A DNA stretch of 32,000 nt, from contig NC_012803.1 of the NCBI RefSeq assembly GCF_000023205.1, forward strand, positions 2,250,001 through 2,282,000. The letters run 5' to 3'. Shown here piece after piece: positions 1 through 6,912 of this stretch (position 1 is the stretch's first letter; every line of letters starts with the position of its first letter). The notes beneath the pieces were generated by a model. It was not told the origin of the DNA and did no database searches. It was given only the letters and a program-made list of their open reading frames with translations. Origin of the DNA: Micrococcus luteus NCTC 2665. GTDB lineage: Bacteria; Actinomycetota; Actinomycetes; Actinomycetales; Micrococcaceae. The position numbers were made by a program, and so were the translations under genes.

Positions 1-1
1 C

Positions 2-220
2 ACCGAGGAACTGAAGCCCAGCACGTGGCCGTCACCCGAGGTGCCGATGCAGCTGCACCTGGATTTCACCGTGCCGGACCGCGATTCCCTCGACGCGGCC
101 CACGGCCACGCCCTGCGCCTGGGCGGGCGCCTCGTCCTGGACCGCTCCGACGACGAGGACGAGCCCCTGTACGTGTTCGCGGACCCGGCCGGCCACCCCT
201 TCTGCGTCTTCGTAGGGTGA
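2..220 (+). CDS. VOC (glyoxalase/bleomycin-resistance fold) family protein, C-terminal part; 5' end lies outside the window
   Basis: Frame 2 is open from the window edge to TGA 218-220. The tail ...MQLHLDFTVPDRDSLDAAHGHALRLGGRLVLDRSDDEDEPLYVFADPAGHPFCVFVG resembles C-termini of VOC-fold proteins. It is absent from the ORF track because it has no start codon in the window. Confidence 0.55.
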   Translation, partial: TEELKPSTWPSPEVPMQLHLDFTVPDRDSLDAAHGHALRLGGRLVLDRSDDEDEPLYVFADPAGHPFCVFVG

Positions 221-267
221 GCGCGGCAGACCGCGGCACGGCTCAGTGCCGTCGGTAAGGTCGTCGG

Positions 268-780
268 GTGATCCCGCAACCCACCGATCGACTCACGTTC
301 CGGTGCATGACCGACGCTGACCTCGACGACATGTGCCGGCTCCTCGGAGACGCGGAGGTCATGCGCTACTACCCGCGAGCCAAGTCGCGCAACGAGGTGC
401 AGCGGTGGATCAACTGGTCGAAGGACAACTACGCCACGCATGGGTTCGGCCTGTGGGTCATCGAACACCGAACCACCGGCGACTTCATCGGTGACTGCGG
501 CCTGACCTGGCAGAACGTCGACGGCCAAGAGGTCCTCGAGGTCGGCTACCACGTCCTGCCAGAACGTCAGGGACAAGGACTGGCAACCGAGGGGGCCTCT
601 GCCTGCCTGCGATACGGGTTCGAGACACTCGACGCAACGATGGTCACCGCGATCATCAACCCCGACAACATGGCTTCCCGTCGCGTGGCCGAACGAATCG
701 GCATGACCGTGTGGAAGAGCACGCGTGATCCCAGCGGAGCGCCGATCGTGGTCTACAGCAGCCACGGCCACGAGGCATGA
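268..780 (+). CDS. GNAT family N-acetyltransferase (RimJ/RimL-like)
   Basis: 170-aa ORF with a GTG start. GFGLWVIEHRTTGDFIGDCGL...VGYHVLPERQGQGLATEGASACLRYGF is a typical GNAT acetyl-CoA-binding core (QGQGLA). Confidence 0.8.
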   Translation: MIPQPTDRLTFRCMTDADLDDMCRLLGDAEVMRYYPRAKSRNEVQRWINWSKDNYATHGFGLWVIEHRTTGDFIGDCGLTWQNVDGQEVLEVGYHVLPERQGQGLATEGASACLRYGFETLDATMVTAIINPDNMASRRVAERIGMTVWKSTRDPSGAPIVVYSSHGHEA

Positions 781-819
781 CGAACTGAACTGCCGCCATG
801 GGTGCGTGCCCATTGAGAA

Positions 820-870
820 GACACGCCCTGCGTCCAGCCGGCCAGGCGCTTCTGCGTGTTCGTGGGGTGA
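820..870 (+). pseudogene. Remnant 3' end of a second VOC-family gene (duplicate of 170-220)
   Basis: The short frame ending at TGA 868-870 reads ...PARRFCVFVG*. Nt ~826-906 align with ~176-256 at an offset of exactly 650 bp, covering the gene tail plus the downstream CACGGCTCAG segment. An in-frame TGA at 814-816 shows that only the tail survives. Confidence 0.45.
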
Positions 871-983
871 GCGGGCCGGGCCACGCCACGGCTCAGCGGT
901 GACGGCGCCGGCTCAGCCCTCGAGCCGCTGGTCGAACTCCTCGTGGTCCAGCTGGCGGTGCATGCGGTCATCTTCAAGATACG

Positions 984-1205
984 GTGCCGTCCATGCATCC
1001 GGACCCGGCCGAGGCCATGCTGCGCGTCGCCCGGGCGCGCCCCGGCGGGGGCCGCGTCGAGTGGCGGCGGGGCACCGCGGAGCTGATCGAGCCGGCGTCG
1101 GCGGACCTGGCGGTGGGCCGCGTCTGGAGCGACTGGCACGGCCGCCCATTCGACGCGGCGGAGCACCCGTTGATGATCATCGAGGCCTGTCCACAGGGGG
1201 CCTGA
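984..1205 (+). pseudogene. Class I SAM-dependent methyltransferase remnant (paralogue of 9278-10051), 5'-truncated and internally deleted
   Basis: The ORF reads DPAEAMLRVARARPGGGRVEWRRGTAELIEPASADLAV joined directly to GRVWSDWHGRPFDAAEHPLMIIEA. These blocks match DPAEAMLAAARARPGGDGVEWRHGDAGLIAPDSADLVV and the C-terminal ERLSGDWHRTAFDPAEHPLMVVEA of the intact gene. The SAM-binding N-terminus and roughly 110 internal codons are missing, with the junction near 1116. Confidence 0.65.
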
Positions 1206-1261
1206 CCCGTCCACCCGTCATGGCAGGATGACGCATGCCACACGTGATGTGAGGGGGAACC

Positions 1262-1860
1262 ATGACGGACACGACCACGGCCCGCCCCATGCGGCCGACC
1301 CACCACGACGACGACCCGCCCGTCCGCGGGATCGGCCACCTCCGACACCCGGTGGTGTCGGGCGGGCTGATCGGGGTGGTCGGCGGCGGCGCCTTCCTGT
1401 TCGGCGGGATCGCGGGGCTGCCAGCAGAGCACCAGGGCACGCTGCGGGGCGTCGCCATCTCGCTCATCAGCTTCACCCTGGTGGTGGTGCTGCTGCGCCG
1501 GCGGATGCTGCCCACCGTGCCGACGCCCGCCCGCGGCGCGTCTACGGGATCGCCGTCGTCGCGATGCTGGCGCTCCTCCCCGTGACGCACGTGGTGGCAC
1601 TCGCGCTCGACGCACCGACGGCGCAGATCGCCCTGGTGGCCGCCGTGGTGGGCGGCCACTTCCTCCCATTCGCCCGGGCATTCCAGGCCCCGGTGTTCTG
1701 GTGGATCGGCGGGGCGATGGCCATGCTGGGGCTCGCCGGTGCCGTACTCGCGGCTCTCGGCGATCCCGTGGCCGGGCCCGCGGGGGCGGCCGCAGCGGGA
1801 ACTGCGATGCTCGTGATCGTCGCGGCACAGGGGCTGCTGGCGTCCCCTCGGCAGGACTGA
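1262..1860 (+). pseudogene. Multi-pass membrane protein, apparently frameshifted (paralogue of 8763-9281)
   Basis: The N-terminal half lies in ORF 1262-1585 and the C-terminal half in the 3' part of ORF 1228-1860. Both are collinear with the intact paralogue (GGLIGVVGG..FL..GIAGLP and AQIALVAAVVG.HFLPFARAF.APVF.WIGG). Copy 1 has 92 extra nt (1529-1620). In the downstream frame these encode a hydrophobic helix (VYGIAVVAMLALLPVTHVVALAL), which puts the two halves one base out of register. Confidence 0.55.
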
Positions 1861-1870
1861 GGGCCGGACC

Positions 1871-2284
1871 ATGAACATGCTTCAGGCCATCCGCCGCTAC
1901 TACGCCGGCTACGCGCAGTTCAGCGGGCGCGCCTCCCGCGCCGACTTCTGGCTCGCGGCGCTCTACGTCTGGCTCCTGCAGGCCGTCGTTCACTTCGTGT
2001 CCACCGTCCTGGACGTGTTCCTCCTCGGCTCCCCGGACCTGTCCCTCCGCGACGCGGCCGTCCTCCTGGTGGGGATCACGCACGCACTCCCCTCGCTCGC
2101 CCTGCTCGCCCGGCGCCTCCACGACGCCGGCTTCAGCCGCGCGTGGCTGTTCCTCGGGCTGGTGCCGTTCGTCGGCCCGCTCACACTCCTCGTGTTCGCG
2201 CTCCAGCCGTCCACCCCGCGCCTCGGACACCCCGCCGCTGCGTCGGACCCGGTTCCGGCGGGGGCCACGGCCGCGCGGCGCTGA
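1871..2284 (+). CDS. DUF805 family inner-membrane protein
   Basis: 137-aa ORF. It has YAQFSGRASRADFW near the N-terminus and LARRLHDAGFSRAW followed by a hydrophobic LVPFVGPL segment, which are DUF805 (YhaH/YhaI-like) hallmarks. A second family member lies at 13070-13531. Confidence 0.75.
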   Translation: MNMLQAIRRYYAGYAQFSGRASRADFWLAALYVWLLQAVVHFVSTVLDVFLLGSPDLSLRDAAVLLVGITHALPSLALLARRLHDAGFSRAWLFLGLVPFVGPLTLLVFALQPSTPRLGHPAAASDPVPAGATAARR

Positions 2285-2308
2285 CCCCCGCAGCCGTGTC
2301 CGGCCCGA

Positions 2309-2871
2309 TCAGTGATCGTGGTCGGCGTGCTCGTCATGGCCGGACTCGGCGTCAGCGGCCTCCTCGGGCTTCACGGACTCCGGCTGGCCGGTGACCACGG
2401 CCATCTCGACCGGGGCGAACTCCAGGTCCTTCTCCAGGACGGTCTCACCGGTCTCCAGGTCGACGGCCACGAGCTCTTGGGCCTCCGCGTCGGTGACGTA
2501 GGCGGTGTTCCCGGCCACCTTCAGGATCGGGCCGGGCTCCTGCCACTCGTCCTTCTCCTTCCACGGCTCGATCACCGGGTACTCGGCGGTGACCTCACCG
2601 GTCTCCTCGTCGATCACGTTGACCTCGCCGTCGTAGGTCAGCACGACCGCGGAGCCGTCCTCGGCGCGGCCGAGCGAGCGGAACCAGTAGGACGAGCCGA
2701 GGTCCACGGTGGTGAGCTCATCGGTGCGGGTGTCGATGAGGGCGATCGCCGTGGGCCGCTCGACGGCTTCCTTCGGCTCCTCCTCGACCTTGTGATCACC
2801 CAGGACGATGGGTGAGTCATGCAACCCGAACAGGTTCCCGGAGCGCTGGTACTCGGTCTCGACGTCCACCT
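2309..2871 (-). pseudogene. 5'-truncated paralogue of the AztD-like His-rich lipoprotein gene (C-terminal ~186 codons only)
   Basis: The translation VDVETEYQRSGNLFGLHDSPIVLGDHKVEEEP...APVEMAVVTGQPESVKPEE matches the C-terminal third of the 15479-16960 product at roughly 90 percent by eye, then diverges in the His/Asp-rich tail. Homology stops abruptly at 2871/2872, where the IS3 terminal inverted repeat begins. Confidence 0.85.
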
Positions 2872-2919
2872 TGAAGCGCCCTGGGTTTCGTTCCGATCCA
2901 ACTGAAGGAGAATCGGAAC

Positions 2920-3234
2920 ATGCCCAAGAAGTTCAGCCCCGAGCTGCGTGAGCGCGCGATCAGGATGGTCCTGGAACGCCAAGCCACGCAGGGAGGGCCT
3001 CGTTCGCATTCCATCCGAGCCATCGCCCCGCAGGTCGGAGTCGGTGAAGAGACGCTGCGGATGTGGTGCCATCGCCACGGCCACGAGGTAGCACCAGTGC
3101 CTGCTGGCGAGAGTCCGGCCGAGGAGATTCGCCGGCTCAAGCGTGAGCTTGCCGAGGCCCGGCGGGCGAACGAGATCCTCAAGGCCGCCTCGGCTTTTTT
3201 CGCCAGGGAACTCGACCGCCCCACGACGAGATGA
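2920..3234 (+). CDS. IS3-family transposase OrfA (helix-turn-helix plus leucine-zipper part)
   Basis: MPKKFSPELRERAIRMV...EEIRRLKRELAEARRANEILKAASAFFARE is a canonical IS3 OrfA. An RBS-like GGAGAA lies upstream, and the slippery site TTTTTTC sits near the 3' end. Confidence 0.85.
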   Translation: MPKKFSPELRERAIRMVLERQATQGGPRSHSIRAIAPQVGVGEETLRMWCHRHGHEVAPVPAGESPAEEIRRLKRELAEARRANEILKAASAFFARELDRPTTR

Positions 3235-3323
3235 TCGCGTTCATCGACGAACACCGCGATCGTTTCGGGGTCGAGGCCATCTGCCGCACCCTTAGTGCGA
3301 CAGCGTGTGGGTTCATCACCGGT
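3195..3323 (+). pseudogene. IS3 OrfB N-terminal fragment (-1 frame relative to orfA)
   Basis: After a -1 shift at TTTTTTC the frame reads FFRQGTRPPHDEMIAFIDEHRDRFGVEAICRTLSATACGFITG, a typical start of the IS3 OrfB region. It ends at the IS30 left inverted repeat. Confidence 0.6.
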
Positions 3324-4822
3324 GGATTCAATCGGTCGTCGCAACACCCTCTCGGAATCACTGGAGGTATGGGCGATGGCAAGCAAGGACTGGGCGAGGA
3401 AGATCAGTGACGTGCCCGAGGGGACACGTCGGCAGTGGAGAGCGGATCGGGCCTTGCGGGCCCCGATGCGCTCTCCTGGCAGGCCGCAGCCCTCACGGGA
3501 GGTCCAACGCCAGTTCTGGCGTGTAATCGCCACCGGTGTCACCACGGTCGAGGCATCCCTGACTGTGGGCGTGTCCTGGCCCGTCGGGGCGCGCTGGTTC
3601 CGTCACGCTGGCGGGATGACCCCGCTGTCCTTAGCCGAGCCCACCGGCCGGTATCTGTCCTTCGCTGAGCGTGAAGAGATCGCAATCCTCCATGCCCAGG
3701 GCCAGGGGGTCCGTCAGATCGCACGCACGCTGGGACGTGACCCGGGCACGATCAGCCGTGAGCTGCGCCGTAACTGCGCCACTCGTTCCGGGAAGCAGGA
3801 GTACCGGGCCACGGTGGCGCAGTGGAAGGCCCAGGAAGCTGCCAGGCGGCCCAAGCCGGCGAAGCTGGCCACGAACCAGCGACTGCACGACTACGTCCAG
3901 GCACGCCTGAACGGGGTGGTCCTGGGCCCCGATGGCGTGGCCGTGCCGGGACCGGTCGGGCCCGGTTTCAAGGGGCGGAAGATGAAACCGCGCCGGGCGG
4001 ACCGGCGGTGGTCCACGGCGTGGAGCCCTGAGCAGATCAGCCACCGGCTGCGCCTGGAGTTCCCGGATGATGTGTCCATGCGGATCTCTCATGAAGCGAT
4101 CTATCAGTCCCTGTTCATCCAGGGGCGTGGGGCGCTCAAGCGTGAACTCGTCGCGTGCCTGCGTACCGGGCGGGCTCTGCGCGAGCCGCGGGCACGTACC
4201 CGGAACAAGCCCCAGGGCCACGTCACCGAGGACGTGGTGTTCAGCAAGCGCCCACCCGAGGCCGCTGATCGTGCTGTGCCCGGGCACTGGGAAGGGGACC
4301 TGATCATCGGGACCGAGCGTTCAGCGATCGGGACTCTGGCCGAGCGCAAGAGCCGGGCCACGATCCTGGTCCACTTGCCCCGCCTGGAGGGATGGGGTGA
4401 GCGGCCGCCGGTGAAGAACGGGCCGTCGCTGGGTGGGTACGGGGCTGAGGCGATGACCGCGGCCCTGATCAAGGCGATGGCGACGGTGCCGCAGCAGCTG
4501 CGTCAGAGCTTGACGTGGGATCGGGGCAAGGAGCTGGCCGGGCATGTCCAGTTCACGATGGCCACGGGCACGAAGGTGTTCTTCGCTGACCCCCACTCGC
4601 CGTGGCAGCGGCCGACGAACGAGAACACGAACGGGGTGCTGCGGCAGTACTTCCCCAAGGGCACGGACCTGTCGAGATGGTCGGCCGAGGACCTCGCAGC
4701 AGTCGCGTACACGCTGAACAACAGGCCCAGGAAGGTCCTGGACTGGAAGACTCCCGCGGAGGTCTTCGCCGAGCAGCTACGCTCGCTCTCAACGCACGGT
4801 GTTGCAACGACCGGTTGAACCC
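3324..4822 (+). mobile_element. IS30-family insertion sequence, apparently intact, nested inside the IS3 element
   Basis: Imperfect 25-bp inverted repeats are present. GGATTCAATCGGTCGTCGCAACACC at 3324-3348 matches the reverse complement of 4798-4822 (GGGTTCAACCGGTCGTTGCAACACC). The element carries a single long transposase ORF whose stop lies inside the right repeat. No target duplication is visible, and about 145 codons of IS3 orfB are missing across the junctions. Confidence 0.8.
3376..4818 (+). CDS. IS30-family transposase
   Basis: The ATG at 3376 (MASKDWARK...) lies inside track ORF 3295-4818. The N-terminal HTH reads LSFAEREEIAILHAQGQGVRQIARTLGRDPGTISRELRRN. The catalytic region includes HWEGDLIIG...TWDRGKE and NENTNGVLRQYFPKGTDL, all typical of IS30. 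Confidence 0.88.
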   Translation: MASKDWARKISDVPEGTRRQWRADRALRAPMRSPGRPQPSREVQRQFWRVIATGVTTVEASLTVGVSWPVGARWFRHAGGMTPLSLAEPTGRYLSFAEREEIAILHAQGQGVRQIARTLGRDPGTISRELRRNCATRSGKQEYRATVAQWKAQEAARRPKPAKLATNQRLHDYVQARLNGVVLGPDGVAVPGPVGPGFKGRKMKPRRADRRWSTAWSPEQISHRLRLEFPDDVSMRISHEAIYQSLFIQGRGALKRELVACLRTGRALREPRARTRNKPQGHVTEDVVFSKRPPEAADRAVPGHWEGDLIIGTERSAIGTLAERKSRATILVHLPRLEGWGERPPVKNGPSLGGYGAEAMTAALIKAMATVPQQLRQSLTWDRGKELAGHVQFTMATGTKVFFADPHSPWQRPTNENTNGVLRQYFPKGTDLSRWSAEDLAAVAYTLNNRPRKVLDWKTPAEVFAEQLRSLSTHGVATTG

Positions 4823-5125
4823 GCCCAGTACGTCAGCCTGGCCTACTCCGACGCGCTGATCACCGCCGGGGTGAGCGCTTCGGTGGGCACCGTGGGCGAC
4901 TCCTACGACAACGCCCTGGCCGAGAGCGTGAATGGCCTCTACAAGGCCGAACTCATCCACTCCAAGCGGCTCTGGGAGTCCGTGCAGGCGGTCGAGCTGG
5001 CCACCATGGGGTGGGTGCACTGGTGGAACACCGCCCGCCTGCATGAGGCCCTCGGCTACCGCACTCCGGCGGAGGTCGAGGCGGCCTACACTCACGACCA
5101 GGACTCAGCGCCCGTTGCGTCCTGA
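4823..5125 (+). pseudogene. IS3 OrfB C-terminal fragment (DDE catalytic tail)
   Basis: AQYVSLAYSDALITAGVSASVGTVGDSYDNALAESVNGLYKAELIH...WWNTARLHEALGYRTPAEVE is the conserved IS3 integrase-core C-terminus. It resumes immediately after the IS30 right end and stops at TGA 5123-5125. Confidence 0.8.
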
Positions 5126-5152
5126 CCTCGGAACGAAACCCAGGGCGCTTCA

Positions 5153-5534
5153 CTCCGATGAACGCAGCCAGACGGCCATCGCGGTGTTGCGCCGCGCGGT
5201 CGCCCACTTCGCGCGCCTGGGCGTGGAGGTGGAGCGGGTGCTCTCGGACAACGGCTCGGCCTACCGCTGGCATGCCTGGCGTGATGCCTGCACCGAGCTC
5301 GGGATCAAGCCCAAGCGGACTCGGCCCTACCGGCCGCAGACGAACGGGAAGATTGAGCGGTTCCATCGCACGCTCGCTGACGGGTGGGCCTACGCCCGGT
5401 TCTACAGCTCAGAGACGGAGCGCAGGGCCGCGTTGCCTGGATGGCTGCACTTCTACAATCATCATCGCGTCCACTCCGCGATCGGCGCCGCGCCTGCCAC
5501 CAGGCTCAACAACCTCCCTGGACATCACACCTAG
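5153..5534 (+). pseudogene. IS481-family transposase, C-terminal fragment (5' part removed at the IS3 right end)
   Basis: The frame of track ORF 4932-5534 downstream of 5152 reads ...VLSDNGSAYRWHAWRDACTELGIKPKRTRPYRPQTNGKIERFHRTLADGWAY...FYNHHRVHSAIG. This is the IS481/rve-type DDE C-terminus (PYRPQTNGKIERFH). Confidence 0.75.
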
Positions 5535-6076
5535 GGCATGTCTGACAATCGTTTTGACCATGCGAGCACAGCATTCAGGACCACAGCGGCCCTGTAGATG
5601 ATCGCGTACTTGTCATACCGGGTCGCCAGACCCCGCCACTGCTTCAGGTGAGCGTACTGACGCTCGATGACGTTGCGGCCCTTGTAGGCGTCCGCGTCGA
5701 GGCTGACGGGGCGCCCGCCGCGGGCACCGCGCCGTCTGCGGTGGCCCTGCTGGTCGGCCGGTTCGGGGATGACCGCTTTGATCCCACGGGCACGTAGGTG
5801 AGTGCGGATCGCCCGGGAGGAGTACGCCTTATCGCCCAGCACGGCCTCGGGGCGGGTCCGGGGCCGCCCTACTGGCCGGGTCACGCGCAGCTGCTCCAGA
5901 AGAGGAAGCAGCATCGGGGAGTCCCCTGCCTGGCCGGGGGTGATCAGGCTGACCAGCGGCAGCCCGGTCCCATCGACGAGCTGATGGATCTTCGTGCTCA
6001 GCCCGCCACGGGAGCGCCCGATGCCGTGATCGGCCGGCTCCTCACGCGGATTCTTGTAGTTCGATCCATCCCCCTG
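5531..6076 (-). CDS. IS5-family transposase, OrfB (DDE) part; its frame overlaps the orfA 3' end
   Basis: The frame reads QGDGSNYKNPREEPADHGIGRSRGGLSTKIHQLVDGTGLPLVSLITPGQAGDSPMLLPLLEQL...DKAYSSRAIRTHLRARGIKAVIP...YKGRNVIERQYAHLKQWRGLATRYDK, the DDE_Tnp_1 signature. The track lists only 5531-5914, from the first Met. OrfB is offset +1 relative to orfA around the run CACAGGGGGAT (6068-6078). Confidence 0.75.
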   Translation of the reverse strand, partial: QGDGSNYKNPREEPADHGIGRSRGGLSTKIHQLVDGTGLPLVSLITPGQAGDSPMLLPLLEQLRVTRPVGRPRTRPEAVLGDKAYSSRAIRTHLRARGIKAVIPEPADQQGHRRRRGARGGRPVSLDADAYKGRNVIERQYAHLKQWRGLATRYDKYAIIYRAAVVLNAVLAWSKRLSDMP

Positions 6077-6472
6077 TGTGGCGGGTGATGTTCGTCGCGT
6101 GCTGGTGGGCGCGGGCGATCGTGGAGTCCACCGAGACCGACCAATCGATCAGGCCTTCGGCGTCCGCGGCGGCGGTCAGCGTGGCCAGCACCGTGTCCCA
6201 GGTGCCTTTTTCGGCCAAGCGCCGGTGCCAGGTCCACACGGTCTGCCAGGGCCCGTAGACCTCGGGCAGATCCCTCCAAGCGATTCCGCACCGGTATCGG
6301 TAGATGATCGCCTCCACCATGGTGCGGGCGTCGGCGAACGGCCTGCCGGCGCGGCCGGTCCGGGTCGGGAGCATCGGGGCGATCAACTCCCATTGGGCGT
6401 CGGAGAGCATCTGGAACCGGGACATGTCCCCAGGGTCTCAGCTGACTCGTGCATCTATTCTCAGACACGCCC
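5534..6472 (-). mobile_element. IS5-family (IS427-group-like) insertion sequence inserted at a CTAG site in the IS481 remnant
   Basis: Terminal inverted repeats are GGGCATGTCTGACAAT (5534-5549) and the reverse complement of 6457-6472 (GGGCGTGTCTGAGAAT). The element is flanked by TA on each side within C-TA...TA-G (5531-5533 and 6473-6475), consistent with TA duplication of a CTAG target. It is 939 bp long and has two overlapping transposase frames. Confidence 0.8.
6042..6425 (-). CDS. IS5-family transposase, OrfA part
   Basis: MSRFQMLSDAQWELIAPMLP...FADARTMVEAIIYRYRCGIAWRDLPEVYGPWQTVWTWHRRL is the conserved N-terminal (DUF4096-type) domain of IS5/IS427-group transposases. Confidence 0.85.
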   Translation of the reverse strand: MSRFQMLSDAQWELIAPMLPTRTGRAGRPFADARTMVEAIIYRYRCGIAWRDLPEVYGPWQTVWTWHRRLAEKGTWDTVLATLTAAADAEGLIDWSVSVDSTIARAHQHATNITRHTGGWIELQESA

Positions 6473-6619
6473 TAGCTCTCGTTGGCCTCGCGGTGGCTTC
6501 GCGTCGAAAGTAGGTAAGGCCCGCCGCGACCGGGGTATCACCTCGCTCGCTCATGCCGCTGGTCTCGCGCAAGGTGGGTCCATTCCTGGCCGTCACCCCG
6601 GGGCCAAGTGGGGTTGACA
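6473..6619 (+). mobile_element. Probable 3' tail and right end of the IS481-family remnant
   Basis: The sequence continues from the IS481 stop codon, which the IS5-type insertion split. It ends in ...CAAGTGGGGTTGACA (6605-6619), whose complement starts with TGT as IS481-family ends usually do. The matching left end is gone, so the boundary is an inference. Confidence 0.3.
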
Positions 6620-6860
6620 TAGCCACCAGGACGACGTCGGGCCGGGCGGCGCCTACATCAACTGGCCGGTGACGGGGCGGGCCCGCTCCCGCCGCGGCGT
6701 GCGGCTGGACCTCGGCGGCCCCGCCGGGCTGGTCCTCACCACCCACGACGGACAGCGGTTCACTGTGGTGACCCCGGATCCAGAGACGGCCGCGGAGCTG
6801 CAGGCGACGGTGACCCAGGCGACGTCGGGCGGCGACGTCCGGAATCGACTGCAGAAGTGA
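6620..6860 (+). pseudogene. C-terminal fragment of an unidentified gene truncated by the IS481 remnant
   Basis: The frame is open from just after 6619 to TGA 6858-6860 (...GAYINWPVTGRARSRRGVRLDLGGPAGLVLTTHDGQRFTVVTPDPETAAELQATV...). It has no convincing start or RBS, and its codon usage looks coding. Family not recognised. Confidence 0.3.
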
Positions 6861-6912
6861 CCCCTCTGACGCCCGCTGACACCCCCAGAAGGGTCACTTC
6901 CGCAGTCGATTC
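6842..6912. repeat. Hairpin repeat family 1, copy A (27-bp stem, 17-nt loop)
   Basis: GAATCGACTGCAGAAGTGACCCCTCTG (6842-6868) pairs with CAGAAGGGTCACTTCCGCAGTCGATTC (6886-6912) with 2 mismatches. It lies between convergent genes. The plus-strand gene stop TGA (6858-6860) is inside the left arm, and the minus-strand GNAT stop (6913-6915) abuts the right arm. Confidence 0.85.

Larger units (their letters stand above)
2872..5152 (+). mobile_element. IS3-family insertion sequence, defective (interrupted by an IS30 element, with part of orfB deleted)
   Basis: It has perfect 25-bp terminal inverted repeats, TGAAGCGCCCTGGGTTTCGTTCCGA at 2872-2896 and its reverse complement at 5128-5152, with the TG...CA ends typical of IS3. 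It contains orfA, a T-TTT-TTC slippery heptamer at 3195-3201 and orfB fragments. The flanks show no matching target-site duplication (...CCTT on the left, CTC... on the right). Confidence 0.85.

Noticed and set aside
913-983. Short minus-strand reading frame ending ...MHRQLDHEEFDQRLEG*
   Set aside because: It is too short, has no start context or recognisable family, and sits in a region of gene remnants. It cannot be told apart from noise.
974-2230. 418-aa minus-strand ORF, plus other long ORFs on either strand across 750-2400
   Set aside because: They are antisense or out of frame relative to the methyltransferase remnant, the membrane-protein paralogue and DUF805. All three are supported by homology to intact copies elsewhere in the window.
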